Source: Setoptus koraiensis
Taxonomy: Eukaryota > Animalia > Arthropoda
DNA length: 64,000 nt
Assembly (NCBI GenBank): GCA_048013815.1
Contig: CM106585.1
Coordinates: 6,324,001 to 6,388,000 of the forward strand
Direction: 5' to 3'
The position numbers and the translations under genes are program-made. Shown piece by piece: positions 35,904 through 49,573 of this stretch (its first letter is position 1; every line of letters starts with the position of its first letter). The notes beneath the pieces are model-generated. The model ran no database searches and was not told the DNA's origin. It was given only the letters and a program-made list of their open reading frames with translations.

Positions 35904-38315
35904 TTTGTATGCACTATAACAAAAACGTCTCCTTAGCGAAGAACTGCAGAATTTAAAAACAAGATAACGACCTACTATAAGAACATGGCTAGTTACGTAA
36001 GTTAGATCCTGTCCCTGTAAACACTGTTCTGAAGAGGTAAAACATATTCAGAGGTATCTTGAGAGATAATCGCATGTGATAGATCTTTATCCATTCGTAT
36101 ATCTACAATATAGTTCTATCTATGAGTTTGCCTAGTGGTCATAGTTCACCTTGTGATGATGCTACTAGAAGCGTAAAAATGGTTGCCTAGTTACCAACGG
36201 CATTGCGCAGACAAAACCGCATAAAGTAGCCGAGTGATGCATGCTCGTGTATGTTAATTATATGACCAATGGTAGTCAGGTGCACCTGAGAGATGCGAAA
36301 TATATAATTGAAGTAGCAGCACAATAGATGGTAACCATTCCCTTCCAACGGGCCATGAATTTTTTTTTTTTTTTCGGTAAAAAACTGCAACCCGTGTTCT
36401 ACTACTGCGACACTACCGATGAATTGCCATGTTAATGAGTGTATCTGCATGATGAAGCGAAGTCTCTCATCGAGCAACCATACAATTTATGACGGGACAT
36501 TGGATATGATCTTTTGTGGCATGTCAGATAGTTGAGGACTTGACATTTATGGACCATTGTAATCATTAATCGAATGCAGATATGACTGTGTATCTTTATT
36601 TTATGTCTCTCGTTTCAGGGTCGTTTCATGATCCAAAGTGTGCCGTCTTTTACACAAGAGCTAGCATCATACAAAAACTAGACACAGCAGAGACCACTAT
36701 ATTTCCACAATGTTGTTCTCACAAGCTGATACTCTTTGATACTGATAATGAAACGACACTGGCATGACCTTGAGCATGGAACTCTCTCAACCGAAAATAA
36801 AAACACATCACAATGATGCTCATAAACTATGCATAAGCATAGTAAATTCACTTTGAAGTGCACTCCCTGAGTGCGCCATAACGATGACGCACCGAGTGAC
36901 ATCGCTGGCAAGCTCGCTTGCTTGCAGCTCACGGGCTCGGGCTTGAGATGTAGCCACAAACCCGTGGTCGGTGGTTTCGCTTCGGAGCGAGGGCAGGGAT
37001 CGCCTTTGAGCAAATTTTCCAATATCGGGGGTCGTAAATTTTCGTCAGACAATTTTATTATCGCTGGCAACCGTAGTTGTCACGTACTGTTTTCGCGTGC
37101 TACAGTCATTTCTTTTGCCCATGCAAACAAGTTTCAAACTGCTGCTGCTGGTTGTGCGAGTTTCGCTCAGTTCAGCCGACGAGATTTCACATTGTCAGGG
37201 CATCTTTGGCTTTGCCAGGCCGAGAGTCTGAGATTTTACTGGAGTTTCTTTGTCAGGTTTTTTCTCAAGAAAAACGGTGACACTCTGAGACGGAATCAGG
37301 GCCCGCGAGTCTAACAAGCTGGCCCCAATATTGCGCGAGTGCGCATGCTGCTGCAGTGTCACGTCCGAACGCAAGGGTATTCTTCTATGATATTAACAAG
37401 GGCATTTAGGGCTCGCTCTTCGGTATCCAGCAGTGGTAGCTAGCGAAAAGATCCAACTGGCGCTTCGAGACAGTAAATGAGGAATACCGTTCGAGAGCTG
37501 CAAGTCACTGAGATCCACCATTAACAATATAAATAACAATCACGGCCGTCGCAGAGTGTGCGATTCAATACCTCGCCGTCGAGGTATTGCGCATCAGAAA
37601 AGTCAACGCCCAAATTAACGCTGCTGTCATGACATAAACATGCCCAGACCGCCATTGTGTTATCGTGATGGTAGCAACCACTTTCCAGGTGAAGCTACCA
37701 TAAGTTACTATTACCTCGCTACTTGAACTATTACTGTGGCAACATTGTCATTATATTTACTGTAGTAACACCGATGCTCGATATCTATTATTATCTATTG
37801 TTGTTATTAACAAAATTGTAAAACATTAACATTATTATTATTGCTACATTGTTTTTGTTGTTGTCGCCATTTCAATCGATATAAAATATCGCCAATCAGA
37901 TGTTAAATCAATGTACTCATCGGCAAAGTGTAAAATCGAGTGATGGCAATCATATCGATCAGCAGCAATATCTCCCATCTGTTTGACAGGACATGATCAG
38001 TTTCTTAGGTGTGCATCATTATCACTGAAGAAGAGAGAAAAAAAAATACTCACATCATTTGACATCTCACATAATAATAATAATAATAAACTGACAAATT
38101 TTACAATATCCTCTCTACGGATCAACACATGTGTGTCTATAAACTGGCTATTCGACGGGCGTTGTTATTATTAACGGAAATTGAATTACAAACTGTCAAC
38201 AGCAATACCAGAGCAGTCAACAATATCATCATAATCTACAGCATAACATAGTATTATCCAGACTGTCAATCAATTCATTGACCATACAAAATTACTCGTT
38301 GCCAAGTATAACACA

Positions 38316-39095
38316 ATGTTATCCACCAACAGCAGCCCAAATGGCTCGGTCAGTGTTAATGAAGAAAGATTCAATTTAGTTTATTTGGCCATACTGAGTG
38401 AACAAGCGGAACGATACGATGAAATGGTAAATTACGTCAGAGATATTGCCTCAAAATACAAGGACCTCACCGTGGAGGAGCGCAATCTATTATCTGTCGC
38501 CTACAAGAATGTTGTTGGAGCTAGGCGGGCGTCATGGCGTGTCATTCACAGCATTGAATTAAAGACTTTAAACGACAGTCAACCAGACATAGTCACAAGC
38601 TACAGGCTTAAATTGGAAGAAGAACTGAGAAAATGCTGCAATGAAATATTGGATTTAGTCAATAACAATCTGATACCGGTGGCCACCAGTGGCGAATCCA
38701 AGGTGTTTTACTTCAAAATGAAAGGGGACTACTACAGATATCTGGCGGAATTTCTTACTGGCACGGAGAGGAAGGAAGCAGCAGATAATGCCCTCATGAC
38801 ATACAAAACTGCTTCTGACATTGCCCTCATTGAACTACCACCAACTCATCCGATCAGGTTAGGTTTGGCTTTGAATTTCTCAGTATTCTATTATGAAATT
38901 ATGGGGGCCCCGGAGCGTTCGTGCAGATTAGCCAAGCAAGCTTTTGATGATGCTATAGCTGAATTGGACACTCTTTCCGAGGAGAGCTACAAAGATTCAA
39001 CAATCATAATGCAACTGCTCAGAGACAATCTGAATCTTTGGATGGCCCAACAGAACAACGATAACGGCGATGCAAATGAGATGATGGAAAACTGA
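38316..39095 (+). CDS. 14-3-3epsilon: 14-3-3 protein, epsilon type, intronless
   Basis: [59 protein letters not shown]. Confidence 0.95.
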   Translation: MLSTNSSPNGSVSVNEERFNLVYLAILSEQAERYDEMVNYVRDIASKYKDLTVEERNLLSVAYKNVVGARRASWRVIHSIELKTLNDSQPDIVTSYRLKLEEELRKCCNEILDLVNNNLIPVATSGESKVFYFKMKGDYYRYLAEFLTGTERKEAADNALMTYKTASDIALIELPPTHPIRLGLALNFSVFYYEIMGAPERSCRLAKQAFDDAIAELDTLSEESYKDSTIIMQLLRDNLNLWMAQQNNDNGDANEMMEN

Positions 39096-39804
39096 TCCAC
39101 CTACAACATTCCTTGTTTGCCCAATGCTTTTTTTTTACTTTCCATCTTATATGCTAATCAATGTATTATTGAGATGATTGTGATATTGGAAAACTTTATT
39201 ATGTAATAGTATTAGAATAGTGATTGTTACTATACTTGTTATAATTGTACGTATGCCAATATATATAATCCAACATGAAATGAGACATCAGCAATTGTAT
39301 TAACTGCATTTTACTCTGTCAATCGCCACCAATCAAGTCATTTTATACCTAACAACCAATAGTTATTATGGCAGTTTCCTCAAGTTTATAGAGAAATTGT
39401 AATAGATCTAAATACTAACTATAGCCGTGTTTGAATTTGTGACTCATAAACGCCCGTTACCTGTTTTTTTTTTCTTGGTTTTCTGTTTCTTACGATAAGT
39501 TGTTGTTGTACTTTTGTAAGATGTCGTATTCAGTGAGCAAATCAATGTATCGTTGGACTGACTGTAACATTGGAAAAGTTTATTATGTAAAGTGGAATCG
39601 GGATTGGTTATAATATACTTGGTACAATTATTCGTCGGCCGGTATATATTCTATTTTAAAGTGGGATTATGCGTTAGCGATCGTATCAACGTAGAAAATC
39701 TATCATCATTTCATTACAACAGACGAACAGTAATTACCACCAACCAAGCTGTTTCCTGTATCTATTAGTCTTTGTTTTTACATTATAGGAAATAACAACT
39801 GATC

Positions 39805-41386
39805 CTATGCCCCGAATATTATAACTTGATATAGAGTTTCGATAGAGTTTAGTCCATTGGCAACATTCAAAGCCGAGCAACGATAGATGCCATAATCGGC
39901 AAGACGCGGTTCGGTTATGGTCAGAGTAGATGTTGCTGGACCATTCTCTTGTTTGAATCTAAAATCCTTGGCCATATCGATCTCCTGCGTCCTACATTGG
40001 CTATTTGCACAGTTAAAAGGGGGCTTGACTTTTCCATTGGACACCTGAGTGGCGTTGTAAGATCCTACAAACTTGACCCACAATGGTCTCTGCAAATATT
40101 TCGTCGGTGAAAAGAGTCAGAGATTAGTGACAGATTTGCATTGTTACTCCGACGCATGAAAAGATATAAATTACTTACGTTTGTCAAGTCTATGGATTCA
40201 CCGAACGAACAACTCAGTTTGGCCTCGCGATTATTGACCGTTTGCACACTACCGAAGCCCACAAATCTGGGCTCTTGTAGTATAGTAAAACTTGAAGTAG
40301 ATGATAATTGTCGATTGTTGGTTTGATCTGCAATTTGTTTGAGAGATCCCTTAATGCCTTGCTTGGCCAATTGATGTGCTATCTTTGCGGGACTTTCAAC
40401 TAAGCCAGAGTACCAATCTGGGTAGCTGTATCCATACAATCTTTTGTTGTTGATTATGTCGAAACCACTAGTTGGGGATATATAGTTGGTCGATATTTGA
40501 GATGACGGTATACTAGGAAATTACATAGTTGAGGCAGTAAGTATTAGTTCGGTTGTTGTTTAATGAATGAAAAAGTCTAACGAATGCTCAAGCTATATAA
40601 AAATATTGAATAGTTTGGGCAATTCAATAGTCAAAAAGAAAACTAACAGCATTAGATTTGAAGCAGCATAGAGAACAAATGCAATAAAAGCAAAGGTAGG
40701 TTCAACCCTAAAGAGCCTATACATACTTTTTTGTCCCCCACTTGTTGATTCCACCGAATGGCTTATATGGATCGCCTCCAGCAATAGTTGTAGGTCGAGA
40801 CGAAACTGTCTTCTGTTCTATATACTCTTGTCCATCAACAGACAGAGGAACTGACCAGCCACCCGGAGGAGCGTAAGAAGACGGATTAGGATAAATGTTG
40901 GGATATCCAGAAATGGGGCTCATTTGAGGGGTGCCACCATAACCCAAACCAGGTCTGTAAAAGTTGTTGCCAAACTTCCAGTTCCAGCTCTTGCCGAACG
41001 ATGGTTTCTGATTCATCCATTTGGACCCAAATAGTGAACTTGACATTCGTTTTTTTTTTATAAGAATAAAGAAATCGGTTACCATAAAGAGCATCGCAAA
41101 TCAATAAATCCAATAGGTAGATTAGCTAATTGTAGTATGCTTACCTCATCGAAGTTGGCTGCTGACCCATGAAAGGATTCACAGGATACCAATTGCTCGG
41201 TCCGGGTCGTGCAAGAGTCTGAGTGGCCAACTGATTGGGATAGCCTTTCTTGCTCATGGACGACAAACAATTGAAGATAGCTTTGGTCTCTTTCACTAAT
41301 ATTACATGATTTGCGAACATTACAATACCAGTGAGTAAAATAAATTTTCTAGCAATTAACGATTCTTGCTGCTTATGTATTCTCAT
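39805..41386 (-). CDS. Secreted protein: Gly/Pro/Tyr-rich region plus C-terminal Ig domain; exons 41386-41145, 41038-40727, 40512-40179, 40089-39805
   Basis: Three GT-AG introns (106, 214, 89 nt) join four listed ORFs in frame; Ig core LSC..PLW..STLTI..DYGIYRC. Confidence 0.75.
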
Positions 41387-42500
41387 TTTGAATGACCGAC
41401 TGTTCTTATTGGAATCTTGATTAGTAGGCACGCTCTAGCTTTAGGATTTAATCAGTTAGTGGAAGTTAGTTAGATTTGTGTTCAATTTTAATTCACTCTT
41501 AAGATAGATATATAAATGAACGTATTTTTTCGTTGGTATTAATTCATGAATACGATTCATGCCACTTGATTTGAATAAGTCGAAAAAAGATTGTGATGGT
41601 AGATCAATTGAACTTTCCACCATAGTGCTAATGAAACTTTTCACTAAGATTATGCTTTGTTGATTTTGCTTGTCGATTGGATACACAGTTCTAGCAATGT
41701 TGAATATTTAACTTGATTCTTTACTTTCTACTGAGATTATATCCATCTCAGCCAGGTTGTAGGTGTATGACCAATGATCTTGGCAAATATAGAGAGAAAA
41801 GATATGTCGGTAAACATTACACAGTTTAATGACGTTTGTAAGTGTTCTGTGGATAAACCATGTTGTCGTTAATTTGACTGGATACTCTAGGATATAAAAT
41901 TTATTTTCTGATAAGATTTATATTTTTCCTCTATATGATGTTGTTAATAAATTATCATTTTGGAGAAAAAGTGTTGTTTGATTAGTTAGATACATATAAC
42001 AATTAACGCCCATTTTGTTTATTCTAGAATCAAGGTAGAAACAGACATCCCTTAATTTTATAGCCAGAGTAGTCTATATACAGAAAGAAGCTATCAGCAA
42101 CGAGGTAGGCATGTTCTATAACAGCTTTCCCCATCAGTCAAAATATCAATATCTACATTTCTATATATATAAATATATGTATATACAGCTAGTCTATGAA
42201 TACAGGTAGATATAGGCATGCACATGCTAGTGAACAGTATGAGTATAAGGGATACGGATAGTAGGAAAGGTCAAATTAACTTGTTGGTCAAACTATCGAT
42301 TGTTATAGGCCCTCTTGCTTGATGTCACCTAGTGCCATTAATCCAAATCAAACAAACAGTAAGGCAAGCAAGTGACAGTCGATTATGTATATAAATTAAG
42401 TTTCTCCAAGTTGAACGTTTAACTACATAACATGTAATTGTTAATTTGAAAAGACTTTTATGGTACATCAGAAAGTCTTTTCATTTCTCTTTCACACATA

Positions 42501-42678
42501 GCGCAAAGAATCTGGCAAACTTCTTTCGGTATAGACGTTAAAACTTCTAACTTCAAACAGCAAGGTTATTCCAACAACGTGATGCATGATCTCTGGGATG
42601 TCAAAGACGATGAACAGATGGAAGAAAGTTGGAAGAGGGAAAAAGAAACGATTGATAGACAACATAATAGAATCTAGC
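42501..42678 (+). CDS. Possible terminal exon of an unresolved small gene (AQRIWQTSFGIDVK...KETIDRQHNRI*)
   Basis: Pyrimidine-rich acceptor TTTCTCTTTCACACATAG followed by an open frame to TAG; upstream exons not resolved. Confidence 0.3.
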
Positions 42679-43932
42679 CTTCGCTTATTCTTCACTAAAC
42701 ACCTATCAATTTACAACAAATAGGTTATTCATTTGTCCAACTATTTGTTTGTTCACATTACTACATCAACCGATGTTGATAATTTATACCATAATAACAT
42801 TAACACGAACAACCTTATATCCGAACAATCCCTTTCTCTTGGTCAGTCACTTTGTCGATGAGTCTCCCCGCTTTTCTACGTGCTTTATTCTGATTCTAGT
42901 AACACAAACCAAGCTAGCCATTCCGTTGATACCTGTTGCGCTGTTGTTTGCACTTGCTGTATAGACTGGTCCAGTAGAATCCCACCGCCAACATCAGTTT
43001 TAGTTACAAATAGTAATCAACAAAAGGACATACAACCAGTTATGCGATCACCTCCACCAGCTAACTGGTCATGCATGCACAACGACACATCCGATACATC
43101 GGCCAGAAAGGTGGCCAAACGGTCAAATGTTTGCATCAATTGTTTGCATAAGTCCCATTCAAATGTCATAACAAGTGTCAACAAAACAGTTATGCAATGT
43201 TACCGGGTGAAAGTTTATAATTGTTTCACCCAGGTTGATCTTGTACTCAATTTCGGTAGTTGGACAGAAAATGAATGAACTATGTAGTCGTTTCATTTAC
43301 AGTTGTTACACCAAACATTAACAACAGTTTTATCATGCTAATAGAGATCTAACGATGAAGACTTTTTTTCTTCCATTCTGTCTCTCCCCCTGTGGCAACT
43401 GTTCGGGTCAAGCAAGTTTCAAGGTGTCGTGAATAGAATGATCTTGAAGTTGCCCTGGTGAACTCGGTCTTGAAACACATTAGATTGTTTTGTTGATGCC
43501 TTCGTCTTTCTTTGTCGTATTTTCTTTTCATTGATCCAATAAAGACGAGAAGCTGATATCAAACAAGGCTTGTATGTAATTAACATCTTGCTAGATAGGT
43601 ATTTGATATCGAACAAATCCCTACGACCCAAAATCATAGCCTATTAATCATGAGCGTCCATGGAGATACGTTGCGCAAGTTGGTGGAATGTGCTGCGCTT
43701 TTCTTTATTTCGAACATATGATTGCTAGAAACAAATAAATATGGTCCGATTGTAAACATTGAGCTTTCACTTTATATTGACAGTTTTTACATGAAACATA
43801 AATAAATCACATTTATTAATTAAATACAATTCACAGGATATTCTCATCTAGATTGAAGGGAAAAATCAAAAACTGAAAGCGGCATCACAATTTATACGGC
43901 ATACAGCCTAAAATATCTACAACGTTACCATC

Positions 43933-44712
43933 ATGTCCATGTCGAAGGGTGCTTGCACTTACAATCGACAAGTCTGGGAGGATTCTCAGTTTCCCATACT
44001 GTGTGAGACATGTCTGGGGGACAATTCATATATGAGAATGATGGTCGATAGATATGGCCGCGAGTGCAAAATATGTTCCAGACCATTCACCACTTATAGA
44101 TGGTGCCCAGGGCCCAGGATGCGGTATAAGAAAACTGAAATTTGTCAAACATGCTCTCGTGCTAAAAATGTCTGTCAAACGTGTTTACTTGATCTAGCAT
44201 ATAATTTACCTGTACAAGTCAGGGATCAGCTACTTGAGATCAAGGATGATATACCAAAATCAGATGTAAATCGTGAGTATTACTCGCAAAATCTTGAACG
44301 AGAAATGGAAAAGAAATCTGCGGACGCACTGGCCGAACCATTCGACCCAAGAATGGCTTGTACCTCTTCCTCTGCTGTAACCGTACCAGGCAAGGCACCA
44401 CCACCATCGGCTGCTCTGGCAAAGCTGGCTAGAAAAAATCCCTATTACCAGCGCAATCGACCTCATATATGTTCTTTCTGGGTGAAGGGAGAGTGCAAGA
44501 GAGGCGAAGAGTGCCCGTTTAGGCACGAGAAACCATCTGATCCAGACGACCCACTGAGTAACCAAAACATGAAGGATAGATACTATGGTCACAAGGATCC
44601 AGTCGCGGAGAGGATGTTGGGTCGTGCAGCAGAACAAGCCAAGAAACGTGCAGAAGAAAGAGAGGCTGCCAAACAGAGAGATTCGAGTGGGCCTTCGACG
44701 TCGAAGGGCTAG
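43933..44712 (+). CDS. RBM22: Pre-mRNA splicing factor RBM22 (Slt11/Cwc2-like), lacking RRM
   Basis: [27 protein letters not shown] finger [28 protein letters not shown]. Confidence 0.96.
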   Translation: MSMSKGACTYNRQVWEDSQFPILCETCLGDNSYMRMMVDRYGRECKICSRPFTTYRWCPGPRMRYKKTEICQTCSRAKNVCQTCLLDLAYNLPVQVRDQLLEIKDDIPKSDVNREYYSQNLEREMEKKSADALAEPFDPRMACTSSSAVTVPGKAPPPSAALAKLARKNPYYQRNRPHICSFWVKGECKRGEECPFRHEKPSDPDDPLSNQNMKDRYYGHKDPVAERMLGRAAEQAKKRAEEREAAKQRDSSGPSTSKG

Positions 44713-44821
44713 TTGACAATTTCATTCATTGTATATATTTGTACATTCGAGTAAATTAAAGATATCACTACGGTTTACATACATACTGTACCAAGTAGCC
44801 TCTTGTATTCATACTGTATGT

Positions 44822-45474
44822 TCATTCATTCATTTCGGCTGCTATTTTATTGAGATCATCCAAAAGCAAACTCAATCTGGCCTTGCTGGCCAATACTGAA
44901 AAGTCAGTCAGCGAGTCGTCTAACGCGGACTTTACTTTGAGGTCCATTTTGACGATGTCCTCTGTAACTGATGAACACTGAGCGTCCAAGATGGAGTCCA
45001 GTCTGAGGCATTGACTGACCAACGATTGTCGGATTGTTTCGAATTCGCTGGCATAAACTTTACAAAGAGCTTGGGCATGCTCTTTCGGTAGGCCCAATTG
45101 TTGGAGTTCATCGTTTAGTATTTCGACGCTTACATCGTGAGAGCAAGCACTTTTAGCTGTGAATAGAAGAGCTGAGAGGCAGAGCTCTAAATCATTTTGT
45201 TGATACTGGCCAGCGCTAGCCAATTGGTGGATAATCTCATTATTGACTCGTCCATTGTGTATACTGGAAAGTGCCTCTTTGAACAAAGCCCTAAATTTGA
45301 GCACTGTCATTTTAGAGGCGAAGGCAATCTGAGCCAGCACCCAATCAGGGCAGTCGAGCCCGCCACAAAAGAAGAACCTCTGCAATGTGGGACATTTCAG
45401 ACATAATATCAGTCTTGGGCTATGAGTGAATTGCGTATGATAGTTGTGGTTGCTGTTTGGTTTAAACTTACCAT
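44822..45474 (-). CDS. COMMD4: COMM domain-containing protein 4; exon 1 is ATG only (45474-45472), exon 2 is 45379-44822
   Basis: RFFFCGGLDCPDWVLAQI, ELQQLGLPKEH; ATG|GTAAGT donor and TTGCAG acceptor, 92-nt intron. Confidence 0.93.
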
Positions 45475-46947
45475 TTATGCAATACTATTTCTATGCTAAG
45501 ATGAATAACGACATATTGACTTGTTGGACTTTTAAATTCGCATTAAGAGATGATATTGCTAACGATAGAAATCAAGAATGTCTAACCCGGTGATGATAGC
45601 TGTAAAGTACACCAACCGCGGTAGCATTCTTGGTTTGGCTCGCGCTTTATTTTTCATGTGCACCATGTCGCAGTACTAACAAACACATGTTGAGCGAGGC
45701 GATACGAACTTGTTTACTGTATGTTGCTTTGTATTTGATTTTTAAGTTATTATTAATGGTCAGTATCATTTCAACTGATTGGATATAACTATATGGAGAT
45801 GGTACGACTGAGGAAAACCTTTTGAATGAGACAATCTGGTGAAAATGCATCCAATTTATATACTCTCGGACATCAGTGGTCATCGCATTGCGGCTAGCGT
45901 GCAACCACGTGCAAGAAGGAGGCACTCATTTCCACGAGACTAGGTCGGGACAGGCATTACCTTCGTCATAAGCCCCTCACACTCTGTTTGTCTGTCTGTC
46001 TGTCTATCTTCATTCTTTCATATCTCAACCATCTTCATCACAATAATCTTAGTCATCGTCGTCATTTCCTTGATGCAGCGCTTTTACTCTAGTCTCAAAG
46101 ATCTATGCAAACTCACTATCTGGTCTGGCGGTCCTGGTTACCAACGAGATTAATTCTCATTTTTGCTGCCCCTTCAACTCATTCAATCCAGGACACAAAT
46201 AAACATGAGGGAATGAAGACTCCAATTTTGGCTCTCTTTATTCGTATGATTATGTTCAGGTGTGTGTTGTCGGACGATCTGAGCAAACAGACACAATTTA
46301 ATGCCAAATCTAATGATTAATTGTAAACACTAACGCACAATCATTCTATAAAACGTGCGTCCCTTAATCCCTTTAAATTAATCCGTCGCTAATGAGACGT
46401 GTTCTTCGAGCGGGATCAAACAACAAAGGTTAGACGACTGCATGAGAATTCAATCATTGAATTCGTAACGTTTGTTACAATGCAGATAAATTTGAGATTG
46501 GGCTTGCTTGCTTGCCTAGAAAATAGCAACAAGTTCGCTCCAACTGATCGCGATCGACGATACTCTCTGATGTATGACTCCATAATGATTTATAAAAATT
46601 CATTGACTAATAACAGTTACAAAACTGTCGCCACAACTAATTATTCTTATGCTAAAAGAACCCGAGAAATAACCGGGACCAATTTCGGTGTGCGACAAAG
46701 CAAAGATATGATAAATCTAAAATTACAAGTTTAGATACGATGGAGCCAACCTCAAGACATCTTACTCATCTTGATTGGGCAATGTCCCATACTTGAATAT
46801 CGGCTTGAGAATTGAATCTATCAAGGTATAATTATTTATTTTATCAGTTCAGAATAAATGGCCAGAGATCGGGCATCGAAGCACAAGAGAATCTATTGTT
46901 TTTCTTAAAATACACGATCAAAGGGGAATAGAGTGATTTTATATAGA

Positions 46948-47856
46948 TTAATTTGTTTTTGCTCTGATTGCGGCACGTTTTGACGTGACAGCCTGGAAAC
47001 CACTCTTAATACTGGAAACTGAACGCCTTGATCCGCATTTTTCACATTGCAAGAAGAACAGTCTGGTCTCCTTTTGTAAAATTGTATTCGGAGATCTACA
47101 GGTTTGACATGCGACATACTCTTTGATATACCTCCTAAGCACATTTTCTATTTGTTTCTGTTGAAAGCGACCTTTGATGATAAGTTGATTATTTGCATCA
47201 ACTGATCCGCTTGTACCTAACTCGGCCAGAAGAAAAGCCTGCATATGCTTCGGTTGTCTATGGACCAGCTTGCAAATTTCTAGGAAGTTAGCAAAAGAAG
47301 TCTTTTTAGTACCAACACGAAGTACGGTTGGGGGTTTCATAACAAATCGTTTCTTCTCTCCAGCATTTAGTTCGGGGTTGTTGGCGCGGATTATATTGAA
47401 TACATGCTCTATCAATTCATCGTAGGTGTAGTCGCGATCAGTTCCCAACCAATTAGAACCCTCGATAGCTATACCGTCGTCCACTTCGCCTCTTTGTCCA
47501 CCTTCACCAAATTCGAGACCACCATCATTATTTTCATCGACAGGCTTTTCGTTTTCCTCGTCAAATATAACATTCTTCTTCTTCTTCTTTTTCTTTTTGG
47601 CAAAATCAAAATTTAGATCATCACCAAGATTATCATTTTCGTTTGTGTCCATTGCACCTTCTTGGGCAGCTCCGCTGCCTCCACTGGCTGCAGCTTCGGT
47701 ATTTGTAGCAGTATCAGCTGGGTTTGTGGCCTCGTTTAATGCCTTATCTAGATCTTCCATGTTAAATTGCTTCTTCTTCTTTTTCTTTTTCTTCTGGGCT
47801 AGAGCCTCGAATTCAGGAATGTCCTCGACCGGTTCAGGTGGTGCCGGCGTCGCCAT
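46948..47856 (-). CDS. eIF2beta: Translation initiation factor 2 subunit beta, intronless
   Basis: Poly-Lys boxes, [19 protein letters not shown], zinc ribbon CQTC..CEKC. Confidence 0.98.
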   Translation of the reverse strand: MATPAPPEPVEDIPEFEALAQKKKKKKKKQFNMEDLDKALNEATNPADTATNTEAAASGGSGAAQEGAMDTNENDNLGDDLNFDFAKKKKKKKKNVIFDEENEKPVDENNDGGLEFGEGGQRGEVDDGIAIEGSNWLGTDRDYTYDELIEHVFNIIRANNPELNAGEKKRFVMKPPTVLRVGTKKTSFANFLEICKLVHRQPKHMQAFLLAELGTSGSVDANNQLIIKGRFQQKQIENVLRRYIKEYVACQTCRSPNTILQKETRLFFLQCEKCGSRRSVSSIKSGFQAVTSKRAAIRAKTN

Positions 47857-48404
47857 GTTTGATGGAGAGGAAAGTTAATTTCTAAGATAATGTTAGCCAA
47901 ATCAGAGTGTACCAATGTTCTGTCCAAATTTTAAAGGTTCTCCTGAGCCATATCCAATAAGAGAGATATAAGGATGTTCGTTATATTTAAATTAGTCAGC
48001 CAATAATAAATTGAAAACCTTTCGATAAGGAAAAGTTAAAAGACGCTTAACAGCCGTGGCCGGGCCGCTTTCTCGAAGCCAGAGGAAACGCACGGTTGAA
48101 AGAGTCGGCGCCATATTCAAACACCTTAAATCGTAGGGCGCCACCTACATCTCCTTTTGCATCATCAGTATATCGAGAGCCAGCAACGACCAGACCCAAC
48201 CTCGTTTCAGCCTATCAAGCCGCTTCAAGATTGATAAATCAGCTGATTTATTAGCACAATCTATCATCTATGATCGATTCATTTATAAAATATTGAAACA
48301 AGCTCTTATTGATAGTACTCCTGTCATTATTGTATCAAATTGTCATTTAGATTATCATCGCCTAACTGAAAATCTCTTTGTGACATCAAAATTATTCTGC
48401 GAAG

Positions 48405-49259
48405 ATGGCAATGGAAACGCTTCTGGGGCTTGGGCCAAACCCATCATTCGGAGAGGCCACGCACTCCAACATGACCAGCGGAGATTCAATTTTTGTCGAT
48501 GAGATGACAGACGATGGAAATGTTAAGATCGCTTTGCCAATGATTTCACGAGCGGAGAATCTTTCTTTGTCTGATGTAAGAGATGATTCTACAGGCAAAA
48601 AAATCAGTATCCATTTCGACAAAGGAACGACAACACTGGCATTCGTTTATAAAGGCGGAATTGTTGTATGTGCCGATTCAAGAGCTACCGGTGGTCAGTA
48701 TATCGGTTCTGGAACTGTAAAAAAGATTATTCCCATCAACAGTCACATGGTAGGAACAATGGCAGGTGGAGCAGCGGACTGTGTTTACTGGGAAAGAATA
48801 TTGTCAGAAAGGTGCCGTCTTCATGAGTTGCGAAACAGAGAGCCAATTTCTGTAGCAGCAGCTTCTAAGTTGTTGGCTAACATGCTGTACAATTACAAAG
48901 GTATGGGATTATCTCTTGGTGTGATGATTTGTGGTTGGGATCGTAAGAAGGGACCGAAGGTATACTTCGTAGACAATGATGCCCGAAGATTACCTGGAAA
49001 TCTTTTTTCGATTGGGTCTGGATCAGTTTACGCTTATGGAGTATTAGATAAAGGATATAAATTTGATATGTCAGATGAAGAAGCCTTCGATTTAGGTCGC
49101 CGGGCAATATTCCACGCAACACATCGAGATGCATACTCCGGTGGTACTGTTCGAGTCTTTTCTATCAAAGAGGATGGTTGGAAAATCATCAGCGAAGACG
49201 ACATGTCTATCCTGTATGATCGATACACTGCTGAGGGGTCTGTGTCGATGAACCATTAA
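48405..49259 (+). CDS. PSMB5: Proteasome subunit beta 5, intronless
   Basis: [40 protein letters not shown]. Confidence 0.97.
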   Translation: MAMETLLGLGPNPSFGEATHSNMTSGDSIFVDEMTDDGNVKIALPMISRAENLSLSDVRDDSTGKKISIHFDKGTTTLAFVYKGGIVVCADSRATGGQYIGSGTVKKIIPINSHMVGTMAGGAADCVYWERILSERCRLHELRNREPISVAAASKLLANMLYNYKGMGLSLGVMICGWDRKKGPKVYFVDNDARRLPGNLFSIGSGSVYAYGVLDKGYKFDMSDEEAFDLGRRAIFHATHRDAYSGGTVRVFSIKEDGWKIISEDDMSILYDRYTAEGSVSMNH

Positions 49260-49573
49260 TAAATAAAATCAACAGTTTATTTTGTGATTTACAGAAAATT
49301 GAGTTTATTTAGTCACTTCTATGTACTGACTTGTAACACTATTTGATTATATTAGCTATTTATATAAGAAAAAATTGGTGGTTGATAATGATGATCTACA
49401 TCACGACCATCTCCATGAGAAAAGGCACTTTCTTTGTTAGTCTAAGAAGGTTAACGTTGAGATCTTGAAGCCATTGGCATTCGCGTACCATTGAGAGATT
49501 TGCATTAACTGATCACTGAAATGTAGGTAATCAGCTTGTTGTCATAGTTTGGCGCACGTTAATGTAAAGATTC

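Noticed and set aside
48615-48640. Lys instead of His at position -2 of the proteasome beta5 propeptide (DKG|TTT)
   Set aside because: Lys(-2) is, as I recall, a natural variant in nematode and plant beta5; Thr1, Lys33 and other catalytic residues are intact.
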